A stretch of DNA of 64,000 nt from Eledone cirrhosa (Eukaryota). Position 1 is the first letter of the stretch, and each line of letters starts with the position of its first letter. Location of the stretch: positions 122,140,001 to 122,204,000 of the forward strand of contig OZ024744.1 in NCBI GenBank assembly GCA_964016885.1. Reading direction: 5' to 3'. Shown here one piece after another: positions 1 to 15,300 of the stretch. The position numbers and the translations under genes are program-made. Under the pieces are notes generated by a model. It saw nothing but the letters and a program-made list of their open reading frames with translations. It was not told the origin of the DNA and made no database searches.

Positions 1-729
1 ACCCAGTCACTTTCATACTTCCTCAACACATGACCCAACTGTCCCACACTATCTCTCTTCACAACATCCATTACTACCTCTATTGCTCTCACCCAGTCAC
101 TTTTATCCTTCCTCAACACATGACCCAACCATCTCACACTATCTCTCTTCACAACATCCATCACTACCTCTATTCCTCTCACCCAGTCACTTTCATACTT
201 CCTCAACACATGACCCAACAATCTCACACCATCTCTCTTCACAACATCCATCACTACCTCTATTCCTCTCATCCAGTCACTTTCATACTTCCTCAACACA
301 TGACCCAACCATCTCACACTATCTCTCTTCGCAACATCCATCACTGCCTCTATTCCTCTCACCCAGTCACTTTTATACTTCCTCAACACATGACCCAACC
401 ATCTCACACTATCTCTCTTCACAACATCCATCACTACCTCTATTCCTCTCACCCAGTCACTTTTATACTTCCTCAACACATGACCCAACCATCTCACACT
501 ATCTCTCTTCACAACATCCATCACTAACTCTATTCACTCACCCAGTCACTTTTATCCTTCCTCAACACATGACCCAACCATCTCACACTATCTCTCTACA
601 CAACATCCATCACTACCTCTATTCCTCTCACCCAGTCACTTTTATACTTCCTCAACACATGACCCAACCATCTCACACTATCTCTCTTCACAACATCCAT
701 CACTACCTCTATTCCTCTCAGCCAGTCAC

Positions 730-2010
730 TTTTATCCTTCCTCAACACATGACCCAACCATCTCACACTATCTCCCTTTACAACATCCATCACTACCTCT
801 ATTCCTCTCACCCAGTCACTTTTATACTTCCTCAACACATGACCCAACCATCCCACACTATCTCTCTTCACAACATCCATCTCTACCTCTATTCCTCTCA
901 CCCAATCACTTTCATACTTCCTCAACACATGACCCAACCATCTCACACTATCTCCCTTTACAACATCCATCTCTACCTCTATTCCTTTCACCCAGTCACT
1001 TTTATACTTCCTCAACACATGACCCAACCATCCCACACTATCTCTCTTCACAACATCCATCTCTACCTCTATTCCTCTCACCCAGTCACTTTCATACTTC
1101 CTCAACACATGACCCAACCATCTCACACTATCTCCCTTTACAACATCCATCTCTACCTCTATTCCTCTCACCCAGTCACTTTTATCCTTCCTCAACACAT
1201 GACCCAACCATCTCACACTATCTCTCTTCACAACATCCATCACTACCTCTATTCACTCACCCAGTCACTTTTATCCTTCCTCAACACATGACCCAACCAT
1301 CTCACACTATCTCTCTACACAACATCCATCACTACCTCTATTCCTCTCACCCAGTCACTTTTATACTTCCTCAACACATGACCCAACCATCTCACACTAT
1401 CTCTCTTCACAACATCCATCACTACCTCTATTCCCTCACCCAGTCACTTTTATCCCTCCTCAACACATGACCCAACCATCTCACACTATCTCTCTTCGCA
1501 ACATCCATCACTACCTCTATTCCTCTCACCCAGTCACTTTTATAATTCCTCAACACATGACCCAACCATCCCACATTATCTCTCTTCACAACATCCATCT
1601 CTACCTCTATTCCTCTCACCCAGTCACTTTCATACTTCCTCAACACATGACCCAACCATCTCACACTATCTCCCTTTACAACATCCATCACTACCTCTAT
1701 TCCTCTCACCCAGTCACGTTTATACTTCCTCAACACATGACCCAACCATCCCACACTATCTCTCTTCACAACATCCATCTCTACCTCTATTCCTCTCACC
1801 CAGTCACTTTCATACTTCCCCAACACATGACCCAACCATCTCACACTATCTCCCTTTACAACATCCATCACTACCTCTATTCCTCTCACCCAGTCACTTT
1901 TATACTTCCTCAACACATGACCCAACCATCCCACACTATCTCTCTTCACAACATCCATCTCTACCTCTATTCCTCTCACCCAGTCACTTTCATACTTCCT
2001 CAACACATGA
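730..2010. repeat. Local 180-bp dimeric higher-order pattern (two alternating monomer types); seen again at about 4160-4610
   Basis: Monomers with 'ccatcccaca...catctctacc...tttcatac' alternate with monomers carrying 'tctccctttac...tttatac' at about 750-1200 and 1558-2007. Confidence 0.75.
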
Positions 2011-4705
2011 CCCAACCATCTCACACTATCTCTCTTCGCAACATCCATCACTACCTCTATTCACTCACCCAGTCACTTTTATCCTTCCTCAACACATGAC
2101 CCAACCATCTCACACTATCTCTCTTCACAACATCCATCACTACCTCTGTTCCTCTTACCCAGTCAAGTTTATCCTTCCTCAACACATGACCCAACCATCT
2201 CACACTATCTCTCTTCACAACATCCATCACTACCTCTATTCCTCTCACCCTGTCACTTTTATCCCTCCTCAACACATGACCAAACCATCTCACACTATCT
2301 CTCTTCACAACATCCATCACTACCTCTATTCCTTTCACCCAGTCACTTTTATCCTTCCTCAACACATGACCCAACCATCTCACACGATCACCCTTCACAA
2401 CATCCATCACTACCTCTATTCCTCTCACCCAGTCACTTTCATACTTCCTCAACACATGACCCAACAATCTCACACCATCTCTCTTCACAACATCCATCAC
2501 TACCTCTATTCCTCTCACCCAGTCACTTTCATACTTCCTCAACACATGTCCCAACCATCTCACACTATCTCTCTTCACAACATCCATCACTACCTGTATT
2601 CCCTCACCCAGTCACTTTTATCCCTCGTCAACACATGACCCAACCATCTCACACTATCTCTCTTCGCAACATCCATCACTACCTCTATTCCTCTCACCCA
2701 GTCACTTTTATACTTCCTCAACACATGACCCAACCATCTCACACTATCTCTCTTCACAACATCCATCACTACCTCTATTCCTCTCACCCAGTCACTTTTA
2801 TCCTTCCTCAACACATGACCCAACCATCTCACACTATCTCTCTTCACAACATCCATCACTACCTCTATTCACTCACCCAGTCACTTTCATCCTTCCTCAA
2901 CACATGACCCAACCATCTCACAATATCTCTCTACACAACATCCATCACTACCTCTATTCCTCTCACCCAGTCACTTTTATACTTCCTCAACACATGACCC
3001 AACCATCTCACACTATCTCTCTTCACAACATCCATCACTACCTATATTCCTCTCAGCCAGTCACTTTTATCCTTCCTCAACACATGACCCAACCATCTCA
3101 CACTATCTCCCTTTACAACATCCATCACTACCTCTATTCCTCTCACCCAGTCACTTTTATACTTCCTCAACACATGACCCAACCATCCCACACTATCTCT
3201 CTTCACAACATCCATCTCTACCACTATTCCTCTCAACCAGTCACTTTCATACTTCCTCAACACATGACCCAACCATCTCACACTATCTCCCTTTACAACA
3301 TCCATCTCTACCTCTATTCCTCTCACCCAGTCACTTTTATACTTCCTCAACACATGACCCAACCATCTCACACGATCACCCTTCACAACATCCATCACTA
3401 CCTCTATTCCTCTCACCCAGTCACTTTCATACTTCCTCAACACATGACCCAACAATCTCACACCATCTCTCTTCACAACATCCATCACTACCTCTATTCC
3501 TCTCACCCAGTCACTTTTATACTTCCTCAACACATGACCCAACCATCCCACACTATCTCTCTTCACAACATCCATCTCTACCTCTATTCCTCTCACCCAG
3601 TCACTTTCATACTTCCTCAACACATGACCCAACCATCTCACACTATCTCCCTTTACAACATCCATCTCTACCTCTATTCCTCTCACCCAGTCACTTTCAT
3701 ACTTCCTCAACACATGACCCAACCATCTCACACTATCTCCCTTGACAACATCCATCTCTACCTCTATTCCTCTCACCCAGTCACTTTTATCCTTCCTCAA
3801 CACATGACCCAACCATCTCACACTATCTCTCTTCACAACATCCATCACTACCTCTATTCACTCACCCAGTCACTTTTATCCTTCCTCAACACATGACCCA
3901 ACCATCTCACACTATCACTCTACACAACATCCATCACTACCTCTATTCCTCTCACCCAGTCACTTTTATACTTCCTCAACACATGACCCAACCATCTCAC
4001 ACTATCTCTCTTCACAACATCCATCACTACCTCTATTCCCTAACCCAGTCACTTTTATCCCTCCTCAACACATGACCCAACCATCTCACACTATCTCTCT
4101 TCGCAACATCCATCACTACCTCTATTCCTCTCACCCAGTCACTTTTATACTTCCTCAACACATGACCCAACCATCCCACACTATCTCTCTTCACAACATC
4201 CATCTCTACCTCTATTCCTCTCACCCAGTCACTTTCATACTTCCTCAACACATGACCCAACCATCTCACACTATCTCCCTTTACAACATCCATCACTACC
4301 TCTATTCCTCTCACCCAGTCACGTTTATACTTCCTCAACACATGACCCAACCATCCCACACTATCTCTCTTCACAACATCCATCTCTACCTCTATTCCTC
4401 TCACCCAGTCACTTTCATACTTCCTCAACACATGACCCAACCATCTCACACTATCTCCCTTTACAACATCCATCACTACCTCTATTCCTCTCACCCAGTC
4501 ACTTTTATACTTCCTCAACACATGACCCAACCATCCCACACTATCTCTCTTCACAACATCCATCTCTACCTCTATTCCTCTCACCCAGTCACTTTCATAT
4601 TTCCTCAACACATGACCCAACCATCTCACACTATCTCTCTTCGCAACATCCATCACTACCTCTATTCACTCACCCAGTCACTTTTATCCTTCCTCAACAC
4701 ATGAC
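1170..4705. repeat. Imperfect higher-order duplication, offset 2605 bp (29 monomers minus five 1-bp deletions): about 1170-2100 versus about 3775-4705
   Basis: ORF-track pairs 1288/3893, 1428/4033, 1467/4072 and 2096/4701 all differ by 2605. The shared rare variant 'gtcacgtttatac' occurs in both copies. Upstream markers (gccag at 721/3056) are offset by 2335. Confidence 0.85.
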
Positions 4706-7700
4706 CCAACCATCTCACACTATCTCTCTTCACAACATCCATCACTACCTCTATTCCTCTCACCCAGTCACTTTCATACTTCCTCAACACATGACCCAAC
4801 CATCTCACACTATCTCTCTTCACAACATCCATCACTACCTCTGTTCCTCTTACCCAGTCAAGTTTATCCTTCCTCAACACATGACGCAACCATCTCACAC
4901 TATCTCTCTTCACAACATCCATCACTACCTCTATTCCTCTCATCCAGTCACTTTTATCCTTCCTCAACACATGACCAAACCATCTCACACTATCTCTCTT
5001 CACAACATCCATCACTACCTCTATTCCTCTCACCCTGTCACTTTTATCCCTCCTCAACACATGACCAAACCATCTCACACTATCTCTCTTCACAACATCC
5101 ATCACTACCTCTATTCCTTTCACCCAGTCACTTTTATCCTTCCTCAACACATGACCCAACCATCTCACACGATCACCCTTCACAACATCCATCACTACCT
5201 CTATTGCTCTCACCCAGTCACTTTCATACTTCCTCAACACATGACCCAACCATCTCACACTATCTCTCTTCACAACATCCATCACTACCTCTGTTTCTCT
5301 CACCCAGTCACATTCATACTTCCTCAACACATGACCCAACCATCTCACACTATCTCCCTTCACAACATCCATTACTACCTCTATTGCTCTCACCCAGTCA
5401 ATTTTATCCTTCCTCAACACATGACCCAACCATCTCACACTATCTCTCTTCACAACATCCATCACTACCTCTATTCCTTTCACCCAGTCACTTTTATCCT
5501 TCCTCAACACATGACCCGACCATCTCACACTATCTCTCTTCACAACATCCATCACTACCTCTATTCCTCTCACCCGGTCACTTTTATCCTTCCTCAACAC
5601 ATGACCCAACCATCTCACACTATCTCTCTTCACAACATCCATCACTACCTCTATTCACTCACCCAGTCACTTTTATCCTTCCTCAACACATGACCCAACC
5701 ATCTCACACTATCTCTCTACACAACATCCATCACTACCTCTATTCCTATCACCCAGTCACATTCATACTTCCTCAACACAGGACCCAACCATCTCACACT
5801 ATCTCTCTTCACAACATCCATTACTACCTCTGTTCCTCTCACCCAGTCACATTCATACATCCTCAACATATGACCCAACCATCTCACACTATCTCTCTTC
5901 ACAACATCCATCACTACCTCCATTCCTCTCACCCAGTCACTTTCATACTTCCTCAACACATGACCCAACCATCTCACACTATCTCTCTTCACAACATCCA
6001 TCACTACCTCTATTCCTCTCACCCATTCACTTTCATACTTCCTCAACTCATGACCCAACCATCCCACAGTATCTCTCTTCACAACATCCATCACTACCTC
6101 TATTCCTCTCACCCAGTCACTTTTATCCTTCCTCAACACATGACCCAACCATCTCACACTATCTCTCTTCACAACATCCATCACTACCTCTATTCCTTTC
6201 ACCCAGTCACTTTTATCCTTCCTCAACACATGACCCAACCATCTCACACGATCACCCTTCACAACATCCATCACTACCTCTATTGCTCTCACCCAGTCAC
6301 TTTCATACTTCCTCAACACATGACCCAACCATCTCACACTATCTCTCTTCACAACATCCATCACTACCTCTGTTTCTCTCACCCAGTCACATTCATACTT
6401 CCTCAACACATGACCCAACCATCTCACACTATCTCTCTTCACGACATCCATCACTACCTCTGTTCCTCTTACCCAGTCAAGTTTATCCTTCCTCAACACA
6501 TGACCCAACCATCTCACACTATCTCTCTTCACAACATCCATTACTACCTGTATTCCTCTCACCCAGTCACTTTCATACTTCCTCAACACATGACCCAACC
6601 ATCTCACACTATCTCCCGTCACAACATCCATTACTACCTCTATTGCTCTCACCCAGTCAATTTTACCCTTCCTCAACACATGACCCAACCATCTCACACT
6701 ATCTCTCTTCACAACATCCATCACTACCTCTATTCCTTTCACCCAGTCACTTTTATCCTTCCTCAACACATGACCCGACCATCTCACACTATCTCTCTTC
6801 ACAACATCCATCACTACCTCTATTCCTCTCACCCGGTCACTTTTATCCTTCCTCAACACATGACCCAACCATCTCACACTATCTCTCTTCACAACATCCA
6901 TCACTACCTCTATTCACTCACCCAGTCACTTTTATCCTTCCTCAACACATGACCCAACCATCTCACACTATCTCTCTACACAACATCCATCACTACCTCT
7001 ATTCCTATCACCCAGTCACATTCATACTTCCTCAACACAGGACCCAACCATCTCACACTATCTCTCTTCACAACATCCATTACTACCTCTGTTCCTCTCA
7101 CCCAGTCACATTCATACATCCTCAACATATGACCCAACCATCTCACACTATCTCTCTTCACAACATCCATCACTACCTCCATTCCTCTCACCCAGTCACT
7201 TTCATACTTCCTCAACACATGACCCAACCATCTCACACTATCTCTCTTCACAACATCCATCACTACCTCTATTCCTCTCACCCATTCACTTTCATACTTC
7301 CTCAACTCATGACCCAACCATCCCACAGTATCTCTCTTCACAACATCCATCACTACCTCTATTCCTCTCACCCAGTCACTTTTATCCTTCCTCAACACAT
7401 GACCCAACCATCTCACACTATCTCTCTTCACAACATCCATCACTACCTCCATTCCTCTCAGCCAGTCACATTCATACTTCCTCAACACATGACCCAACCA
7501 TCTCACACTATCTCTCTTCACAACATCCATCACTACCTCTGTTCCTCTTACCCAGTCAAGTTTATTCTTCCTCAACACATGACGCAACCATCTCACACTA
7601 TCTCCCTTCACAACATCCATCACTACCACTATTCCTCTCACCCAGTCACTTTTATCCTTCCTCAACACATGACCAAACCATCTCACACTATCTCTCTTCA

Positions 7701-10700
7701 CAACATCCATCACTACCTCTATTCCTCTCATCCAGTCACTTTTATCCTTCCTCAACACATGACCAAACCATCTCACACTATCTCTCTTCACAACATCCAT
7801 CACTACCTCTATTCCTCTCACCCTGTCACTTTTATCCTTCCTCAACACATGACCCAACCATCTCACACTATCTCTCTTCACAACATCCATCACTACCTCT
7901 ATTCCTTTCACCCAGTCACTTTTATCCTTCCTCAACACATGACCCAACCATCTCACACGATCTCCCTTCACAACATCCATCACTACCTCTATTCCTCTCA
8001 CCCAGTCACTTTCATACTTCCTCAACACATGACCCAACCATCTCACACTATCTCTCTTCACAACATCCATCACTACCTCTGTTTCTCTCACCCAGTCACA
8101 TTCATACTTCCTCAACACATGACCCAACCATCTCACACTATCTCTCTTCACAACATCCATCACTACCTCTGTTCCTCTTACCCAGTCAAGTTTATCCTTC
8201 CTCAACACATGACCCAACCATCTCACCCTATCTCTCTTAACAACATCCATTACTACCTGTATTCCTCTCACCCAGTCACTTTCATACTTCCTCAACAAAT
8301 GACCCAACCATCTCACACTATCTCACTTCACAACATCCATTACTACCTCTATTGCTCTCACCCAGTCAATTTTATCCTTCCTCAACACATGACCCAACCA
8401 TCTCACACTATCTCTCTTCACAACATCCATCACTACCTCTTATTCCTCTCACCCAGTCACTTTCATACTTCCTCAACACATGACCCAAACATCTCACACT
8501 ATCTCTCTTCACAACATCCATTACTACCTCTATTGCTCTCACCCAGTCACTTTTATCCTTCCTCAACACATGACCCAACCATCTCACACTATCTCTCTTC
8601 ACAACATCCATCACTACCTCTATTCCTCTCACCCAGTCACTTTCATACTTCCTCAACACATGACACAACCATCTCACACTATCTCTCTTCACAACATCCA
8701 TCACTACCTCTATTCCTCTCACCCAGTCACTTTTATCCTTCCTCAACACATGACCCAACCATCTCACACTATCTCTCTTCACAACATCCATCACTACCTC
8801 TATTCCTCTCACCCGGTCACTTTTATCCTTCCTCAACACATGACCCAACCATCTCACACTATCTCTCTTCACAACATCCATCACTACCTCTATTCACTCA
8901 CCCAGTCACTTTAATCCTTCCTCAACACATGACCCAACCATCTCACACTATCTCTCTACACAACATCCATCACTACCTCTATTCCTATCACCCAGTCACA
9001 TTCATACTTCCTCAACACAGGACCCAACCATCTCACACTATCTCTCTTCACAACATCCATCACTACCTCTGTTCCTCTCACCCAGTCACATTCATACATC
9101 CTCAACACATGACCCAACCATCTCACACTATCTCTCTTCACAACATCCATCACTACCTCTATTCCTCTCACCCAGTCACTTTCATACTTCCTCAACACAT
9201 GACCCAACCATCCCACAGTATCTCTCTTCACAACATCCATCACTACCTCTATTCCTCTCACCCAGTCACTTTCATACTTCCTCAACATATGACCCAACCA
9301 TCTCACACTATCTCTCTTCACAACATCCATCACTACCTCTGTTCCTCTCACCCAGTCACTTTTATCCTTCCTCAAGACATGATCCAACCATCTCACACTA
9401 TCTCTCCTCACAACATCCATCACTACCTCTATTCCTCTCACCCAGTCACTTTTATCCTTCCTCAACACATGACCCAACCATCTCACACTATCTCTCTTCA
9501 CGACATCCATCACTACCTCTGTTCCTCTTACCCAGTCAAGTTTATCCTTCCTCAACACATGACCCAACCATCTCACACTATCTCTCTTCACAACATCCAT
9601 CACTACCTCTGTTCCTCTTACCCAGTCAAGTTTATCCTTCCTCAACACATGACCCAACCATCTCACACTATCTCTCTTCACAACATCCATTACTACCTGT
9701 ATTCCTCTCTCCCAGTCACTTTCATACTTCCTCAACACATGACCCAACCATCTCACACTATCTCCCTTCACAACATCCATTACTACCTCTATTGCTCTCA
9801 CCCAGTCAATTTTATCCTTCCTCAACACATGACCCAACCATCTCACACTATCTCTCTTCACAACATCCATCACTACCTCTATTCCTTTCACCCAGTCACT
9901 TTTATCCTTCCTCAACACATGACCCGACCATCTCACACTATCTCTCTTCACAACATCCATCACTACCTCTATTCCTCTCACCCGGTCACTTTTATCCTTC
10001 CTCAACACATGACCCAACCATCTCACACTATCTCTCTTCACAACATCCATCACTACCTCTATTCACTCACCCAGTCACTTTTATCCTTCCTCAACACATG
10101 ACCCAACCATCTCACACTATCTCTCTACACAACATCCATCACTACCTCTATTCCTATCACCCAGTCACATTCATACTTCCTCAACACAGGACCCAACCAT
10201 CTCACACTATCTCTCTTCACAACATCCATCACTACCTCTGTTCCTCTCACCCAGTCACATTCATACATCCTCAACATATGACCCAAGCATCTCACACTAT
10301 CTCTCTTCACAACATCCATCACTACCTCTATTCCTCTCACCCTGTCACTTTTATCCTTCCTCAACACATGACCCAACCATCTCACACTATCTTTCTTCAC
10401 AACATCCATCACTACCTCTATTCCTTTCACCCAGTCACTTTTATCCTTCCTCAACACATGACCCAACCATCTCACATGATCTCCCTTCACAAGATCCATC
10501 ACTACCTCTATTCCTCTCACCCAGTCACTTTCATACTTCCTCAACACATGACCCAACCATCTCACACTATCTCTCTTCACAACATCCATCACTACCTCTG
10601 TTTCTCTCACCCAGTCACATTCATACTTCCTCAACACATGACCCAACCATCTCACACTATCTCTCTTCACAACATCCATCACTACCTCTGTTCCTCTTAC

Positions 10701-12170
10701 CCAGTCAAGTTTATCCTTCCTCAACACATGACCCAACCATCTCACACTATCTCTCTTCACAACATCCATTACTACCTGTATTCCTCTCACCCAGTCACTT
10801 TCATACTTCCTCAACACATGACCCAACCATCTCACACTATCTCACTTCACAACATCCATTACTACCTCTATTGCTCTCACCCAGTCAATTTTATCCTTCC
10901 TCAACACATGACCCAACCATCTCACACTATCTCTCTTCACAACATCCATCACTACCTCTATTCCTTTCACCCAGTCACTTTTATCCTTCCTCAACACATG
11001 ACCCGACCATCTCACACTATCTCTCTTCACAACATCCATCACTACCTCTGTTTCTCTCACCCAGTCACATTCTTACTTCCTCAACTCATGACCCAACCAT
11101 CTCACACTATCTCTCTTCACAACATCCATCACTACCTCTTATTCCTCTCACCCAGTCACTTTCATACTTCCTCAACACATGACCCAACCATCTCACACTA
11201 TCTCTCTTCACAACATCCATTACTACCTCTATTGCTCTCACCCAGTCACTTTTATCCTTCCTCAACACATGACCCAACCATCTCACACTATCTCTCTTCA
11301 CAACATCCATCACTACCTCTATTCCTCTCACCCGGTCACTTTTATCCTTCCTCAACACATGACCCAACCATCTCACACTATCTCTCTTCACAACATCCAT
11401 CACTACCTCTATTCACTCACCCAGTCACTTTAATCCTTCCTCAACACATGACCCAACCATCTCATACTATCTCTCTACACAACATCCATCACTACCTCTA
11501 TTCCTATCACCCAGTCACATTCATACTTCCTCAACACAGGACCCAACCATCTCACACTATCTCTCTTCACAACATCCATCACTACCTCTGTTCCTCTCAC
11601 CCAGTCACATTCATACATCCTCAACACATGACCCAACCATCTCACACTATCTCTCTTCACAACATCCATCACTACCTCTATTCCTCTCACCCAGTCACTT
11701 TCATACTTCCTCAACACATGACCCAACCATTCCACAGTATCTCTCTTCACAACATCCATCACTACATCTATTCCTCTCACCCATTCACTTTCATACTTCC
11801 TCAACATATGACCCAACCATCTCACACTATCTCTCTTCACAACATCCATCACTACCTCTGTTCCTCTCACCCAGTCACTTTTATCCTTCCTCAAGACATG
11901 ATCCAACCATCTCACACTATCTCTCCTCACAACATCCATCACTACCTCTATTCCTCTCACCCAGTCACTTTTATCCTTCCTCAACACATGACCCAACCAT
12001 CTCACACTATCTCTCTTCACAACATCCATCACTACCTCCATTCCTCTCAGCCAGTCACATTCATACTTCCTCAACACATGACCCAACCATCTCACACTAT
12101 TTCTCTTCACAACATCCATCACAACCTCTATTCCTCTTACCCAGTCACTTTTTTTCCTTCCTGAACACAT
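4700..12170. repeat. Variable-length higher-order repeat block (units of 14, 22, 13 and 15 monomers)
   Basis: The marker cassette 'tattcactcaccc'(-1 bp) > 'ctctacac' > 'cctatcac' > 'cacaggacc' > 'catacatcc' recurs at about 5651, 6910, 8890, 10059 and 11409. Spacings are 1259, 1980, 1169 and 1350 bp. Confidence 0.8.
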
Positions 12171-12339
12171 GACCCAACCATCTCACACTATCTCACTTCA
12201 CAACATCCATTACTACCTCTATTGCTCTCATCCAGTCACTTTTATCCTTCCTCAACACATGACCCAACCATCTCACACTATCTCTCTTCACAACATCCAT
12301 CACTACCTCTATTCATCTCACCCAGTCACATTCATACTA

Positions 12340-15300
12340 CTTCCTCAAAACATGACCCAACCATGTCACACTGTCTCTCTTCACAACATCCATCACTACC
12401 TCTATTCCTCTCACCCAGACACTTTCATACTTCCTCAACACATGACCCAACCATCTCACACTATCTCTCTTCACGACATTCATCACTACATCTATTCCTC
12501 TCACCCAGTCACTTTTATCCTTCCTCAACACATGACCCAACCATCTCACACTATCTCTCTTCACAACATCCATCACTACCTCTATTCCTCTCACCCAGTC
12601 ACTTTCATACTTCCTCAACACATGACCCAACCATCTCACACAAGCTCTCTTCACAACATCCATCACTACCTCTATTCCTCTCACCCAGTCACTTTCATAC
12701 TTCCTCAACACATGACCCAACCATCTCACACTATCTCTCTTCACGACATCCATCACTACATCTATTCCTCTCACCCAGTCACTTTCATACTTCCTCAACA
12801 CATGACCCAACCATCTCACACTATCTCTCTTCACGACATCCATCACTACATCTATTCCTCTCACCCAGTCACTTTTATCCTTCCTCAACACATGACCCAA
12901 CCATCTCACACTATCTCTCTTCACAACATCCATCACTACCTCTATTCCTCTCACCCAGTCACTTTCATACTTCTTCAGCACATGAGCCAACCATCTCACA
13001 CTATCTCCCTTTACAACATCCATCACTACCTCTATTCCTCTCACCCAGTCACATTCATACATCCTCAACACATGACCCAACCATCTCACACTATCTCTCT
13101 TCACAACATCCATCACGACATCTATTCCTTTCACCCAGTCACTTTTATCCTTCCTCAACACATGACCCAACCATCTCACACTATCTCTCTTCACAACATC
13201 CATTACTACCTGTATTCCTCTCACCCAGACACTTTCATACTTCCTCAACACATGACCCAACCATCTCACACTATCGCACTTCACAACATTCATTACTACC
13301 TCTATTGCTCTCACCCAGTCAATTTTATCCTTCCTCAACACATGACTCAACCATCTCACACTATCTCTCTTCACAACATCCATCACTACCTCTACTCCTA
13401 TCACCCAGTCACATTCATACTTCCTCAACACAGGACCCAACCATCTCACACTATCTCTCTTCACAACATCCATCACTACCTCTGTTCCTCTCACCCAGTC
13501 ACATTCATACATCCTCAACACATGACCCAACCATCTCACACTATCTCTCTTCACAACATCCATCACTACCTCTATTCCTCTCACCCAGTCACTTTTATCC
13601 TTCCTCAACACATGACCCAACCATCTCACACTATCTCTCTTCACAACATCCATCACTACCTCCATTCCTCTCAGCCAGTCACATTCATACTTCCTCAACA
13701 CATGACCCAACCATCTCACACTATCTCTCTTCACAACATCCATCACTACCTCTATTCCTCTCACACAGTCACTTTCATACTTCCTCAACACATGACCCAA
13801 CCATCCCACAGTATCTCTCTTCACAACATCCATCACTACCTCTATTCCTCTCACCCAGTCACTTTCATACTTCCTCAACATGTGACCCAACCATCTCACA
13901 CTATCTCTCTTCACAACATCCATCACTACCTCTGTTCCTCTCACCCAGTCACTTTTATCCTTCCTCAACACATGACCCAACCATCTCACACTATCTCTCT
14001 TTACAACATCCATCACTACCTCTATTCCTCTCACCCAGTCACTTTTATCCTTCCTCAACACATGATCCAACCATCTCACACTATCTCTCCTCACAACATC
14101 CATCACTACCTCTATTCCTCTCACACAGTCACTTTTATCCTTACTCAACACATGACCCAACCATATCACACTATCTCTCTTCACAACATCCATCACTACC
14201 TCCATTCCTCTCAGCCAGTCACATTCATACTTCCTCAACACATGACCCAACCATCTCACACTATCTCTCTTCACAACATCCATCACTACCTCTATTCCTC
14301 TCACACAGTCACTTTCATACTTCCTCAACACATGACCCAACCATCTCACACTATCTCTCTTCACAACATCCATCACTACCTCTATTCCTCTCACCCAGTC
14401 ACTTTTATCCTTCCTCAACACATGACCCAACCATCTCACACGATCACTCTTCACAACATCCATCACTACCTCTATTCCTCTCACCCAGTCACATTCATAC
14501 TTCCTCAAAACATGACCCAACCATGTCACACTGTCTCTCTTCACAACATCCATCACTACCTCTATTCCTCTCACCCAGACACTTTCATACTTCCTCAACA
14601 CATGACCCAACCATCTCACACTATCTCTCTTCACGACATTCATCACTACATCTATTCCTCTCACCCAGTCACTTTTATCCTTCCTCAACACATGACCCAA
14701 CCATCTCACACTATCTCTCTTCACAACATCCATCACTACCTCTATTCCTCTCACCCAGTCACTTTCATACTTCCTCAACACATGACCCAACCATCTCACA
14801 CTATCTCTCTTCACGACATACATCACTACATCTATTCCTCTCACCCAGTCACTTTCATACTTCCTCAACACATGACCCAACCATCTCACACTATCTCTCT
14901 TCACGACATCCATCACTACATCTATTCCTCTCACCCAGTCACTTTCATACTTCCTCAACACATGACCCAACCATCTCACACTATCTCTCTTCACGACATC
15001 CATCACTACATCTATTCCTCTCACCCAGTCACTTTTATCCTTCCTCAACACATGACCCAACCATCTCACACTATCTCTCTTCACAACATCCATCACTACC
15101 TCTATTCCTCTCACCCAGTCACTTTCATACTTCTTCAGCACACGAGCCAACCATCTCACACTATCTCCCTTTACAACATCCATCACTACCTCTATTCCTC
15201 TCACCCAGTCACATTCATACTTCCTCAACACATGACCCAACCATCTCACACTATCTCTCTTCACAACATCCATCACGACATCTATTCCTCTCACCCAGTC

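Noticed and set aside
30-119. C2H2 zinc-finger-like tandem array suggested by His-rich 30-aa units
   Set aside because: There is no conserved CxxC or TGEKP linker, and the unit is 90 bp rather than 84 bp.
12145-12160. T7 run replacing ttttat at the boundary of the indel-free block
   Set aside because: It is a single homopolymer-type change that could be a sequencing or consensus error, and it has no hairpin to make it a terminator.
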